A stretch of DNA of 64,000 nt, from NCBI GenBank assembly GCA_964435795.1, contig CAYTAT010000006.1, forward strand, positions 67,513 through 131,512, written 5' to 3'. Made by a program: the position numbers and the translations under genes. Positions 27,071 through 35,670 of this stretch are shown here, piece by piece. The notes beneath the pieces were generated by a model. That model was not told the DNA's origin. It searched no databases and saw only the letters and a program-made list of their open reading frames with translations. Positions within the stretch are counted from its first letter, which is position 1. Every line of letters begins with the position of its first letter. This DNA is from an uncultured Spirochaetaceae bacterium (lineage in GTDB: Bacteria > Myxococcota_A > UBA9160 > UBA4427).

Positions 27071-28218
27071 AGACTCCAAGTGCTGAATCGGCCATTCTCT
27101 TTGCGGAAGTGCCCAATTTCTATGCGGAAGTCGAGCGGCGGGGGGATCCGTCGTTGCGTCGGCGGCCGCTTCTCGTCGGGGGCGATCCCCGCAGACGGGG
27201 CAAGGTTCAGTCCGTCAGTCCCGAAGGTCGCGCGGCGGGAGTCGAGACGGGGATGTCGATGGAAGATGCCCTGTTGCGATGTCCGGGGGCGATTCGCGTG
27301 GCGACCGATATGAGGCGCTATCGCGAGGCCTCGGGCGAATTGGCGACCCGCATGCGGCAGATTTTTGACGAAGTGGAGCCCGCGGGTCGGGGAGCGGTCT
27401 ACGCAGACGTTCATTCCGGCCCCGCCGAGCCCGAAATCCTGGCCGCAAGATTGATTCCCCAGGTGACGACGCAATTGGGTCTTCCGCTACGGGTTGGCAT
27501 TGCTCCCTCCAAGTTCCTGGCGCGGCTGGCGGCGGAAGAAGCGGGGCCCGGCGGCGTATTCCGTCTGCGTGCAGCCGATGTCGAGGCCTTTCTCGAGCCC
27601 CTGCCGATCTCGCGGCTGCCCCGGGTGGGAAGCAAGACCGAAGCGCGCCTCGGCAACCTGGGCGCGCTGACCATTGGAGATCTTCGCCAACTCGGAAGGC
27701 CCGTCCTGGAAGAGACATTCGGCAATCACGGCCTGGTTCTCCTGGAGATGGCCCGGGGCCAGGACAGGTCGCCGATGCGCCTGGCTCGACACCCACGGTC
27801 TCTGACCCGCACCGAGACCCTGTCCGAGGCATCCGCCGAGGTCGAGTCGCTGGCGGAGTGTTTGCGGCGTCTCGCGGAGAGTCTCGAAGCGAACCTGGAG
27901 AGGCAGGGGCTCGTGGCCGGGCGCCTGGCGCTCAGACTGAGATGGGCTGATGGCAGCGAGACGACGCGATCCACGACCCCGTCGAATCCCCTATCCGGGG
28001 CCGAAGAGATCTACCCCGAAGCTCGGGCTCTGCTCGCGAGAGTCGAAGTCTCCGATCGCATTCGAGGGCTGGGGATCACCGTAGCGGGCCTGAAGCCCTG
28101 CCGGGAGGAAGATCTTCAACTCGATCTCTTCTCCGGACAGCGTCTCCAGGCGGAACTTGCGGGCGGCGGAGCCGGCTCCGGATCTCCCGGGTCTCGAAAT
28201 CGAGGGAGTGATCCGTGA
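27067..28218 (+). CDS. Y-family DNA polymerase (DinB/ImuB-like) protein lacking the catalytic carboxylates; QLDLF clamp-binding motif
   Basis: Collinear with DinB as recalled (LLVGG, GVETGMSMEDA, VGIAPSKFLARLAA, little-finger region). ATGA overlap with the upstream acylase-like gene. Confidence 0.8.
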   Translation: MKTPSAESAILFAEVPNFYAEVERRGDPSLRRRPLLVGGDPRRRGKVQSVSPEGRAAGVETGMSMEDALLRCPGAIRVATDMRRYREASGELATRMRQIFDEVEPAGRGAVYADVHSGPAEPEILAARLIPQVTTQLGLPLRVGIAPSKFLARLAAEEAGPGGVFRLRAADVEAFLEPLPISRLPRVGSKTEARLGNLGALTIGDLRQLGRPVLEETFGNHGLVLLEMARGQDRSPMRLARHPRSLTRTETLSEASAEVESLAECLRRLAESLEANLERQGLVAGRLALRLRWADGSETTRSTTPSNPLSGAEEIYPEARALLARVEVSDRIRGLGITVAGLKPCREEDLQLDLFSGQRLQAELAGGGAGSGSPGSRNRGSDP

Positions 28219-28305
28219 CGGTCCGCCTCCTGTCGAGCAGGGCGCGAGTCGGAGACTGCGGGCTTCTCCCAGGCCTTCTGCGGAAGGCGATGGGGACGGG
28301 CTGAT

Positions 28306-28644
28306 ATGCGATCCGGTAGCGAGCGGCGAGAATTTCCGCGTATTCCCACCGATCAGATCATCTGCTTTTCGGAGGGATCGGGTGCTGAGCAGTCGGGCCG
28401 CGGGGTCAATCTCTCGGCTGGCGGCATCTGCTTCACCGCGGTCGCATGCGAGATCGAACTCGGGGAGTTCCTGACCTTGACTTTTCGGGTTCACGGAGAG
28501 GAAGTGACCGCCGGCGGGAGGGTCGTCTGGGCGACGGAAACCGACCCCCTCTCCCTCGAGGTCGGGGTCGAATTTGAAGAAATCGACGCCCGGGGTCGGC
28601 GCTTGATCGAATCTCTTGGGAGCGGGGGCGACTCCGAGGGCTGA
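28306..28644 (+). CDS. PilZ-domain protein (putative c-di-GMP receptor)
   Basis: RxxxR (REFPR) and N-x-S-x-x-G (NLSAGG) motifs with the spacing expected for PilZ. Confidence 0.75.
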   Translation: MRSGSERREFPRIPTDQIICFSEGSGAEQSGRGVNLSAGGICFTAVACEIELGEFLTLTFRVHGEEVTAGGRVVWATETDPLSLEVGVEFEEIDARGRRLIESLGSGGDSEG

Positions 28645-28938
28645 GCCCCAAGAGGCCGGATCGGGAAGTGGGTCTCCTCCGAGATCGCTCTTCCGGGAGC
28701 ATTTGCGACTGCCGCCGGGGTGGATTCCCCGATTCCAGCGCCTGGATCTCTGCGCGGCGGCCGGGAATCGGCGAGTTCTCCAGCCTTGCGTATGACTCAA
28801 ATGCCCGATTTTGCGATGGAAACGCTGTCTTGGGATCTATGTCCGGATCTCGAAGCCGCCCCGATTCCAGATCCCGCCCCCCAAAGGACAGATCGTGGCT
28901 GCTTGACCGCGCTGAAATCGAATGCGAAGGTTTCGCCC

Positions 28939-30171
28939 ATGTCGGATTTTCACCAGACGGGGGTCATCACGGCGCTCCATCGATTGGGCGACCTGAACCT
29001 GGAACGGCTGGAGGGCGAACTCCTACAGTACTCGACGGAGCGCCCCACGGCTCTGGTCTTGCCCTCCCTGTTCAGCGAGACCCGGGGCCCCGCCCTCAAG
29101 GGAATCGTCGAAGAATTGGCTCAGGTGCCCTATCTCCGCCAGTGCGTCGTCAGTCTTTCGGGACCCGCCGATTTCGATCAGTACCGAGAAATGAAAGCGA
29201 TATTCGAGCCGGTGCGATGCCTGGACGGTGGGCCCGCGACCGTCATCTGGACCGAGGGGGCCCGGGTTCGTTCGCTTCTCGATCGTCTGCGCGATGAGGG
29301 GCTCGATCCAGGCCCGCCGGGAAAGGGAAGGGCCACCTGGCTCGCCTATGGGTACGTCCTGGCGACCCAGGAGGCGCGGGTCGTGGCTACCCATGATTGC
29401 GACATTCTCAATTACCGGCGGGAACTCCTGGCGAGGCTCTGTTATCCGACCGCGAATCCGAATATGAATTATGAATTCGCGAAGGGCTATTATGCCCGTG
29501 TCACGGATCGCCTCCATGGCAGGGTGACCCGGCTCTTCATGATGCCGCTGCTTCGCTCGATGAGATCCGTTCTGGGACCGATTCCCGTGCTCGAATACCT
29601 GGAATCCTTTCGCTATCCCCTCGCGGGCGAGTGCTCGATGACCACCGATCTGGTGCGGGCCAATCGAATCCCGGCCGATTGGGGTCTTGAGGTGGGAGTG
29701 CTCGCGGAAGTCTTTCGGAACAGCGCCCTGAAGCGTATCTGCCAGGTGGAGTTGGTCGAGAATTACGATCACAAGCATCGAGAGCTTTCCGAAGATGATG
29801 CCGAGCGGGGCCTTCACCGGATGGTCGTGGACATCGCGTCGTCGGTGATTCGCAATCTCGCGAGCTACGGAGTGGAATTCGAAGCGGGCTTCCTCAATAC
29901 GATGATCGCGGCCTATGTGAGAACCGCCCAGGATGCCATCGCAAGCTATAGCAATGACGCCAAGTTGAATGGGTTGAATTTCGATCGCCACGCCGAGGAA
30001 GTGGCCGTGGAAACCTTCTCAGGGGCCCTCAGGAATGCAGGGCTCGGCTTCGTTCGCGATCCCATGGGGGCCCCCCAGATTCCGAATTGGAGTCGCGTGG
30101 TCTCCGCGGTTCCGGGGCTGCTCGAAGAATTGCGCGATGCCGTGGAAGAGGACGCCCGCGAGGTTGCCTGA
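28939..30171 (+). CDS. GT-A glycosyltransferase, GT81-like (glucosyl/mannosyl-3-phosphoglycerate synthase-like)
   Basis: By-eye correspondence to recalled GpgS motifs: PGKGRATW, DxD-like HDCDIL, GRVTRLFMMPLL, PLAGE, DWGLEVGVL. ATG at 28939 (MSDFHQTGVITALH). Confidence 0.6.
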   Translation: MSDFHQTGVITALHRLGDLNLERLEGELLQYSTERPTALVLPSLFSETRGPALKGIVEELAQVPYLRQCVVSLSGPADFDQYREMKAIFEPVRCLDGGPATVIWTEGARVRSLLDRLRDEGLDPGPPGKGRATWLAYGYVLATQEARVVATHDCDILNYRRELLARLCYPTANPNMNYEFAKGYYARVTDRLHGRVTRLFMMPLLRSMRSVLGPIPVLEYLESFRYPLAGECSMTTDLVRANRIPADWGLEVGVLAEVFRNSALKRICQVELVENYDHKHRELSEDDAERGLHRMVVDIASSVIRNLASYGVEFEAGFLNTMIAAYVRTAQDAIASYSNDAKLNGLNFDRHAEEVAVETFSGALRNAGLGFVRDPMGAPQIPNWSRVVSAVPGLLEELRDAVEEDAREVA

Positions 30172-30286
30172 GGCATGCCGAAGCTTCCGGTCGACCGGAT
30201 TTGTCGGTGGGTTTCGCAAGTCCGCAGCGGTTGAGGGCCTGACCTACTCTCTACCTGGAACCGGCAGGCGATGAGGGAAAAATCGG

Positions 30287-31678
30287 ATGTTGTACAGGCA
30301 TAGGGAGATCTTTCGCAGCCTGATGATGCTGGCGGATCTGGTGTTGATTTCCCTGATCTGGCTCGGCGCCTACGCAGTCCGCTTTCACTTCGGCGTTCCG
30401 GCGCCCCGGGGCGTGCCGCCCGTCGAAGACTACCTGGTCTCGCTGGGGGCCATTCTTCCGGTTTTTGCCTACTTGCTCTCCAGGCAGGGCCTATATGAGC
30501 CGAGGCGCCTCGGCTCCGTGTTGACGGAAGCCGCGGAAATGGTGCGTGTGGTGGCGATCGGGGTGGTGGTTCTGATGGCCATAGCGGCCTTCATCCGATC
30601 CTATTCGTTCTCCAGGGGCGTTGTCATTACTTTCAGTGCGTTGGCGCCCATCTGCCTGGTCGGCCTGCGGGTCTTCGTGCGAACGGCTTTGAGAGCGGCA
30701 CGCCGACGAGGTTATAACCGCCGCTTTGCCCTGGTGGTGGGGCAGGGGCGCCTTGCACAGGAGGTGATCCAGAGAATCCAGAATCATCCGGATTCGGGTC
30801 TCCACCTGATCGGGGTACTCGGCGAAGGGGGGGGCGAGCAGCGGGTCGGAGGCGTCCCCGTGATCGGCGGCTATGGGGAATTGAAGACCTCACTTGGAAA
30901 ACAGCGTATTGACCATGTGATCATCGCGTTGCCGAGTCACGAGAGTTATCGGCTGGAAAAAATCCTGGACGATCTCGACGACGAACTCGTGAGCGTGATT
31001 CTTGCACCCGATCTGCTTCAGATCGCCACGCTGCATAGCTCCATTGAAACCCTGGACGGGCTTCCCCTGATTCACTTTCGGGACAGTCCCCTGATAGGCT
31101 GGGCGGCAGTGCAAAAACGGGTCTTTGATCTTGTTGGCGGGGGGCTCCTTCTCTTCCTATTCCTGCCGATCCTGGGTCTGCTCTCCCTGGGCCTGCTGCT
31201 GACCTCGGGACGCCCCATCTTCTACGCCCAGGATCGTATGGGTCTCGATGGCCGTGTCTTCAGGATGCTGAAATTGCGCACCATGACCACGGATGCCGAG
31301 TCCCAGGGACCGGGCTGGTCGATTCCGGATGATCCACGCCGCACCCGCTATGGAGGCTTGCTTCGCCGCTTCAGCCTCGATGAATTGCCCCAATTCTGGC
31401 ATGTCGTACGCGGCGAGATGAGCCTGGTGGGTCCGAGACCCGAAAGGCCGAACTTCATCGAGGAATTCCGGCGCGAAATTCCGGGCTATATGCTGCGCCA
31501 TAAGGTGAAGTCGGGAGTCACAGGCTGGGCCCAGGTCCACGGCTGGAGGGGGGATAGCTCTCTGCGCGAGAGGATCGAACACGATCTCTACTACATCCAG
31601 AACTGGTCCATGGTAATGGACCTGAAGATCCTCGCGTTGACCCTGGGAAGCGTGATCCGCGGGCGCAACGCCTCATGA
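30287..31678 (+). CDS. Polyprenyl-phosphate hexose-1-phosphate transferase (WbaP/bacterial sugar transferase family)
   Basis: Four N-terminal TM helices plus the C-terminal catalytic domain KRVFDLVGG...RPIFYAQDRMGLDGRVFRMLKLRTM...DELPQFWHVVRGEMSLVGPRPERP. Confidence 0.9.
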   Translation: MLYRHREIFRSLMMLADLVLISLIWLGAYAVRFHFGVPAPRGVPPVEDYLVSLGAILPVFAYLLSRQGLYEPRRLGSVLTEAAEMVRVVAIGVVVLMAIAAFIRSYSFSRGVVITFSALAPICLVGLRVFVRTALRAARRRGYNRRFALVVGQGRLAQEVIQRIQNHPDSGLHLIGVLGEGGGEQRVGGVPVIGGYGELKTSLGKQRIDHVIIALPSHESYRLEKILDDLDDELVSVILAPDLLQIATLHSSIETLDGLPLIHFRDSPLIGWAAVQKRVFDLVGGGLLLFLFLPILGLLSLGLLLTSGRPIFYAQDRMGLDGRVFRMLKLRTMTTDAESQGPGWSIPDDPRRTRYGGLLRRFSLDELPQFWHVVRGEMSLVGPRPERPNFIEEFRREIPGYMLRHKVKSGVTGWAQVHGWRGDSSLRERIEHDLYYIQNWSMVMDLKILALTLGSVIRGRNAS

Positions 31679-31692
31679 GATTGCGATAACCC

Positions 31693-32841
31693 CTATTTCT
31701 GCAACGAGATCTCGATTTCGGCTTTCAATTCGGCCAGGAAGCGGGGGATCGAGAATGTTTCGGCATGTTCGCGAATGGAGCGCGAATCGAATTCATCCTC
31801 ATGGCTCTCGAAGGCATCGATGGCCGCCCGGAGTCCATCCGGGCTCTGCTCGGAGAAGAAGATCCCCGTTGCATTCCCTTCCCGGCAGATTTCGATCCTC
31901 CGATTCTCCTGGACCCGCAGCAGGGGTCTGACGCTATCGACGGCGCCCCCCCTGCCCAATGCGATAACGGGACGCCCCGCGGCCTGGGCCTCGACGGCGG
32001 CGATGCCGAAATCCTCTTCCTGGGGGTAGATCAGCGCGCGGCAATTTTGCATCAGGTGTAGCAGTCGATCGTCTCCGACACGTCCGCAGAATTCGACATT
32101 GGCGGGCGCGCGGGATTCCAACTTTCGGCGGCCGGGTCCGTCCCCGGCAACGACCAGTGATCGATCCATTCCCCGAAAGGCTTCGAGAACCAGATCTTCG
32201 CGCTTGTAGGGAACGAAGCCGCCGACGAGAAGATAGAAGTCTCCGGTGGGGGCGTTGCTGGGGCGATAGCGCTGGGTGTCCACCGGGGGGTGGACGATTC
32301 TTGAATCCCGCTGGTAGTGACGCCGGATCCGGTCCCGGACCGTCTCGGAAATCGCCACGAAACGATCGACGTGTTGGGGGTCGCTATGCTTGATGTCGTG
32401 CTGACGGAGTGCCGAAATCAGGGGCGCCGCCAGCCATCGACGGGGGCCTGTTCCCATATAGCTTTCCGCCTGGTCCCAGATATACCTCATGGGGGTGAGA
32501 CAATAGGAGAGATGCGGCGTTCCCTTTTCGACGATGACATTTTTCGCGACAGCGTGGCTGATCGAAATGACGAGGTCGTAGCCTCTCGGTCGAATTCGGC
32601 TGGCCGCCCATGGAAAGAGGGGAAGAAACTTTCTGTAGTGGCGTCCGATTCCCGGGATTCGATTCAGTGGAGAGGCGCAGATCTTCAGTTCTTCGACTCT
32701 TGCCGAAGTGGAATTCGGAACATGGACGAGGGTGAAGAGGTCGGCCTCGGGGTACTCGGCGGCCAGCACCTCGAGTACGCGTTCCCCCCCCCGCATCCCC
32801 GTCAACCAGTCGTGAATGAGAGCGATTCGCACGGGGGGCAT
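31693..32841 (-). CDS. Glycosyltransferase family 4 (GT-B)
   Basis: N-terminus RIALIHDWLTGMRGGERV and a C-terminal E-x7-E-like region (PQEEDFGIAAVEAQAAGRPVIA). Confidence 0.85.
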   Translation of the reverse strand: MPPVRIALIHDWLTGMRGGERVLEVLAAEYPEADLFTLVHVPNSTSARVEELKICASPLNRIPGIGRHYRKFLPLFPWAASRIRPRGYDLVISISHAVAKNVIVEKGTPHLSYCLTPMRYIWDQAESYMGTGPRRWLAAPLISALRQHDIKHSDPQHVDRFVAISETVRDRIRRHYQRDSRIVHPPVDTQRYRPSNAPTGDFYLLVGGFVPYKREDLVLEAFRGMDRSLVVAGDGPGRRKLESRAPANVEFCGRVGDDRLLHLMQNCRALIYPQEEDFGIAAVEAQAAGRPVIALGRGGAVDSVRPLLRVQENRRIEICREGNATGIFFSEQSPDGLRAAIDAFESHEDEFDSRSIREHAETFSIPRFLAELKAEIEISLQK

Positions 32842-32881
32842 GGTAGCCCTTCGGGCTTCTTCCCCCAGCTTTGATGCGGGA

Positions 32882-35278
32882 TCAGTTGGCGGTTGGCAGA
32901 ACGGGGGAGAGGGTCACTTCCAGCGCTTCGTCGATCGTGTCGACCAATTGAATATCGAGACGGTCTCGAACCTCTTCGGGGACCTCTCTCAGATCCTTCT
33001 CGTTGCGCCGAGGCATGACGACCGTTTCGATTCCGGCCCGGGAAGCCGCGAAGAGTTTTCCCTTGATCCCGCCTACGGGAAGGATCTGGCCCCGTAGCGA
33101 GATCTCGCCCGTCATGGCCACCAGCGAGCGAGCGCCGCGCTTGCTGAGCACGGATACGATGGCCGTGACCAATGCGATGCCCGCCGAGGGTCCGTCCTTG
33201 GGTACAGCCCCCGCTGGTACGTGGAGATGGATTTCGCCGGGAGAGAAGTCACTCAATTTCAGCCCCAACTCCTCGGCATGGGATCGCACCCAGGAAAGGG
33301 CGGCCTCGGCGGATTCCTGCATGACCTCTCCGAGTTGGCCCGTGAGTCGAAGCCGGACACCTTTTCCGCCGGACATCTTTGCGGCCTCGACGAAGAGAAT
33401 ATCTCCTCCATGAGCCGTCACCGCCAGGCCCACGGCAACCCCTGGCATCTGGGTTCTCTCTGCGGTCTCCGGCAGATGGGGCGGCGGCCCGAGGGCTTCG
33501 GATACGAAGTCTGCGTCGATGAGCAACTGAGTTTCCGCATCCCCCTCGGCGATCCGCCTGGCACACTTCCGCATCAGGGTCGCCAGGAAGCGCTCGAGGT
33601 TTCTGACTCCAGCTTCTCGAGTGTACTCGTTCACGATCTTGACCAATGCCTCTTCCGGGATTTCGATGCGATCCGTTTCCAGCCCGTGTGCAATCAGTTG
33701 GCGAGGCACCAGGTAGCGGCGCCCGATGGCTATTTTTTCGCTCTCGGTGTAGCCCGAGAGTTCGATGACCTCCATCCGATCCAGGAGCGCCGGGGGGACG
33801 GTTGAAAGGGTGTTGGCCGTCGCGATGAAGAGCACGCGGGATAGATCGAAGGGGCATTCCACGTAGTGGTCGCTGAATCTGTGATTTTGTTCGGGGTCGA
33901 GTACTTCGAGCAGGGCGGAGGAGGGATCGCCTCGGAAGTCCGAGCCGAGCTTGTCGATCTCGTCCAGCAGGAAGATCGGGTTGCGGGAGCCCGCCCGCTT
34001 GATGCTCTGGAGGATTCTCCCCGGCATGGCTCCGACATAGGTTCTGCGGTGGCCCCGGATTTCCGCTTCGTCTCGGACCCCGCCGAGTGAGGCCCTGGCG
34101 AATTTTCGTCCCATGGCCCTGGCGATCGATCTTCCGAGCGAGGTCTTGCCGACACCTGGGGGACCGACGAAACAGAGTATCGGAGCCCTGGAATCGGGTG
34201 CCAATTTTTGCACGGCCAGGAATTCGAGAATGCGTTCCTTGATATTCTCCAAACCGTGATGGTCGGTGTCGAGGATCTCCCGGGCGGCCAGCAGATCCAG
34301 ATCGTCATCCGTTTCGATGCTCCAGGGCAGGTCGAGGAGCCATTCGAGGTAGGTTCGGACCAGATGGCGGTCGGGGGCGTGCTGGGGTAGGGAGGACAAT
34401 CTCTTGAGTTCCCGGGAGGCCTGCTCCAGGGCTTCTTCGGGAAGATTGGCGGATTCGAGTTTCTCGTAGAGTTCATCGACTTCCCGCATACCCGAGTCGC
34501 TCTCTCCGATTTCGTTCTGAATTTCCCGCATCCGCGACCGCAACATTCTTTCACGTCTCTTCTTGTCGAGGCCCGAGTTCTCGGCTTCGTCCCTCAGAGT
34601 CTTCTGCGTTTCCGCGATCGTGACTTCGCGCTCGAGTTGGCGCTCAACTACACGAAGTCTTTTGCCAACGTCGGGTTCACGCAGCAATGCGATGGCTTCA
34701 TCCCCGGGGATGGCCAGGTTGGACGCCAGCAGGTCCGCGAGCATTCCGGGATTCGGAATCTCCGCAATGAAACCCTTCCACTCGTCGGGATAGTCGTCCC
34801 GCAGGCCGATGACCTGCTGGGCGAGGTCGATGACCTTCTGCCAGAGGGCATCGACTTCGCTTCCGCCTCCAGACTCCGGGATCGGCGTGAAAGCGATCCT
34901 GAGTTGAGGCTCTTCGGAGAGGTAGGCGTCGAGAGAGACCCGAGCCAGTCCCGCCACCAGAGCCTGTTTGCCCCCGGGCTTCGCGTCCACGATTCGAAGT
35001 ACCCGAACCAGTGTGGCCACTTCGTAGAGGTCAGCGGCCGAGGGGTCCTCGGTATTGGCATCCCTCTGGGAGACGACCAACATGAAGCCCTCGGCACCGG
35101 CCTCCTCGAGCGCGAGGAGCGATTTGGCTCTGCCGATGGTGAGCGGAATGGTTACGCCCGGGTAGATGACGATATCCCGCACCGCGAGGGCCGGCAGAAC
35201 GCGGGGGACATCCAGAGATTCTCCACCGGGCTCGAGAATCTGGACGTTCTGGAAGCCAAGATCGGATTGTTCGGTCAC
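32882..35278 (-). CDS. lon: ATP-dependent Lon protease (paralog 2)
   Basis: LPALAVRDIVIYPG, GPPGVGKTS and DGPSAGIAL motifs. GTG 35278 is preceded by GAGAGG. The track ORF 5-prime extension reads through a tRNA gene. Confidence 0.95.
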   Translation of the reverse strand: MTEQSDLGFQNVQILEPGGESLDVPRVLPALAVRDIVIYPGVTIPLTIGRAKSLLALEEAGAEGFMLVVSQRDANTEDPSAADLYEVATLVRVLRIVDAKPGGKQALVAGLARVSLDAYLSEEPQLRIAFTPIPESGGGSEVDALWQKVIDLAQQVIGLRDDYPDEWKGFIAEIPNPGMLADLLASNLAIPGDEAIALLREPDVGKRLRVVERQLEREVTIAETQKTLRDEAENSGLDKKRRERMLRSRMREIQNEIGESDSGMREVDELYEKLESANLPEEALEQASRELKRLSSLPQHAPDRHLVRTYLEWLLDLPWSIETDDDLDLLAAREILDTDHHGLENIKERILEFLAVQKLAPDSRAPILCFVGPPGVGKTSLGRSIARAMGRKFARASLGGVRDEAEIRGHRRTYVGAMPGRILQSIKRAGSRNPIFLLDEIDKLGSDFRGDPSSALLEVLDPEQNHRFSDHYVECPFDLSRVLFIATANTLSTVPPALLDRMEVIELSGYTESEKIAIGRRYLVPRQLIAHGLETDRIEIPEEALVKIVNEYTREAGVRNLERFLATLMRKCARRIAEGDAETQLLIDADFVSEALGPPPHLPETAERTQMPGVAVGLAVTAHGGDILFVEAAKMSGGKGVRLRLTGQLGEVMQESAEAALSWVRSHAEELGLKLSDFSPGEIHLHVPAGAVPKDGPSAGIALVTAIVSVLSKRGARSLVAMTGEISLRGQILPVGGIKGKLFAASRAGIETVVMPRRNEKDLREVPEEVRDRLDIQLVDTIDEALEVTLSPVLPTAN

Positions 35279-35485
35279 GTTCGAACCTCTCGCGGGGGAT
35301 GCCAAGTTGAACCCCGATGCTAAGCACTGCCCGGCGGGGGTCAAGCACCGATGAGGCTGCCTTGGGTCGAATTCCTCGAAATTGGATCTTGAGATCAGTC
35401 GAGTTCTTCCCACACGGATTCGGCCATATCCTAGGGGGCATGGGGCCCCACGGGCTCGGAGGAATCCCGGCTCCGACGGGTGGCT

Positions 35486-35572
35486 TGGTGCCCGGGACTG
35501 GAGTCGAACCAGCACGTCCTTGCGAACACTAGATTCTGAGTCTAGCGCGTCTACCAATTCCGCCACCCGGGC
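35486..35572 (-). tRNA. tRNA-Leu (anticodon CAG)
   Basis: Hand-folded. Sequence GCCCGGGTGGCGGAATTGGTAGACGCGCTAGACTCAGAATCTAG...GGTTCGACTCCAGTCCCGGGCACCA. Long variable arm, encoded CCA. Confidence 0.95.
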
Positions 35573-35670
35573 AGCGGGCGGGAGAGTAGGGCAACCGGCC
35601 TGCTCGTCAACGCGCTCGCATCGCCCGGATTCGCGTTTCGCCCCGGTCTCTGCGAATCTCCCGGCCGATC

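Noticed and set aside
35279-35566. N-terminal extension of the lon2 track ORF (MAELVDALDSESSVRKDV...)
   Set aside because: That peptide is a translation through tRNA-Leu(CAG). The Lon N-domain begins after GTG 35278, which has a GAGAGG RBS.
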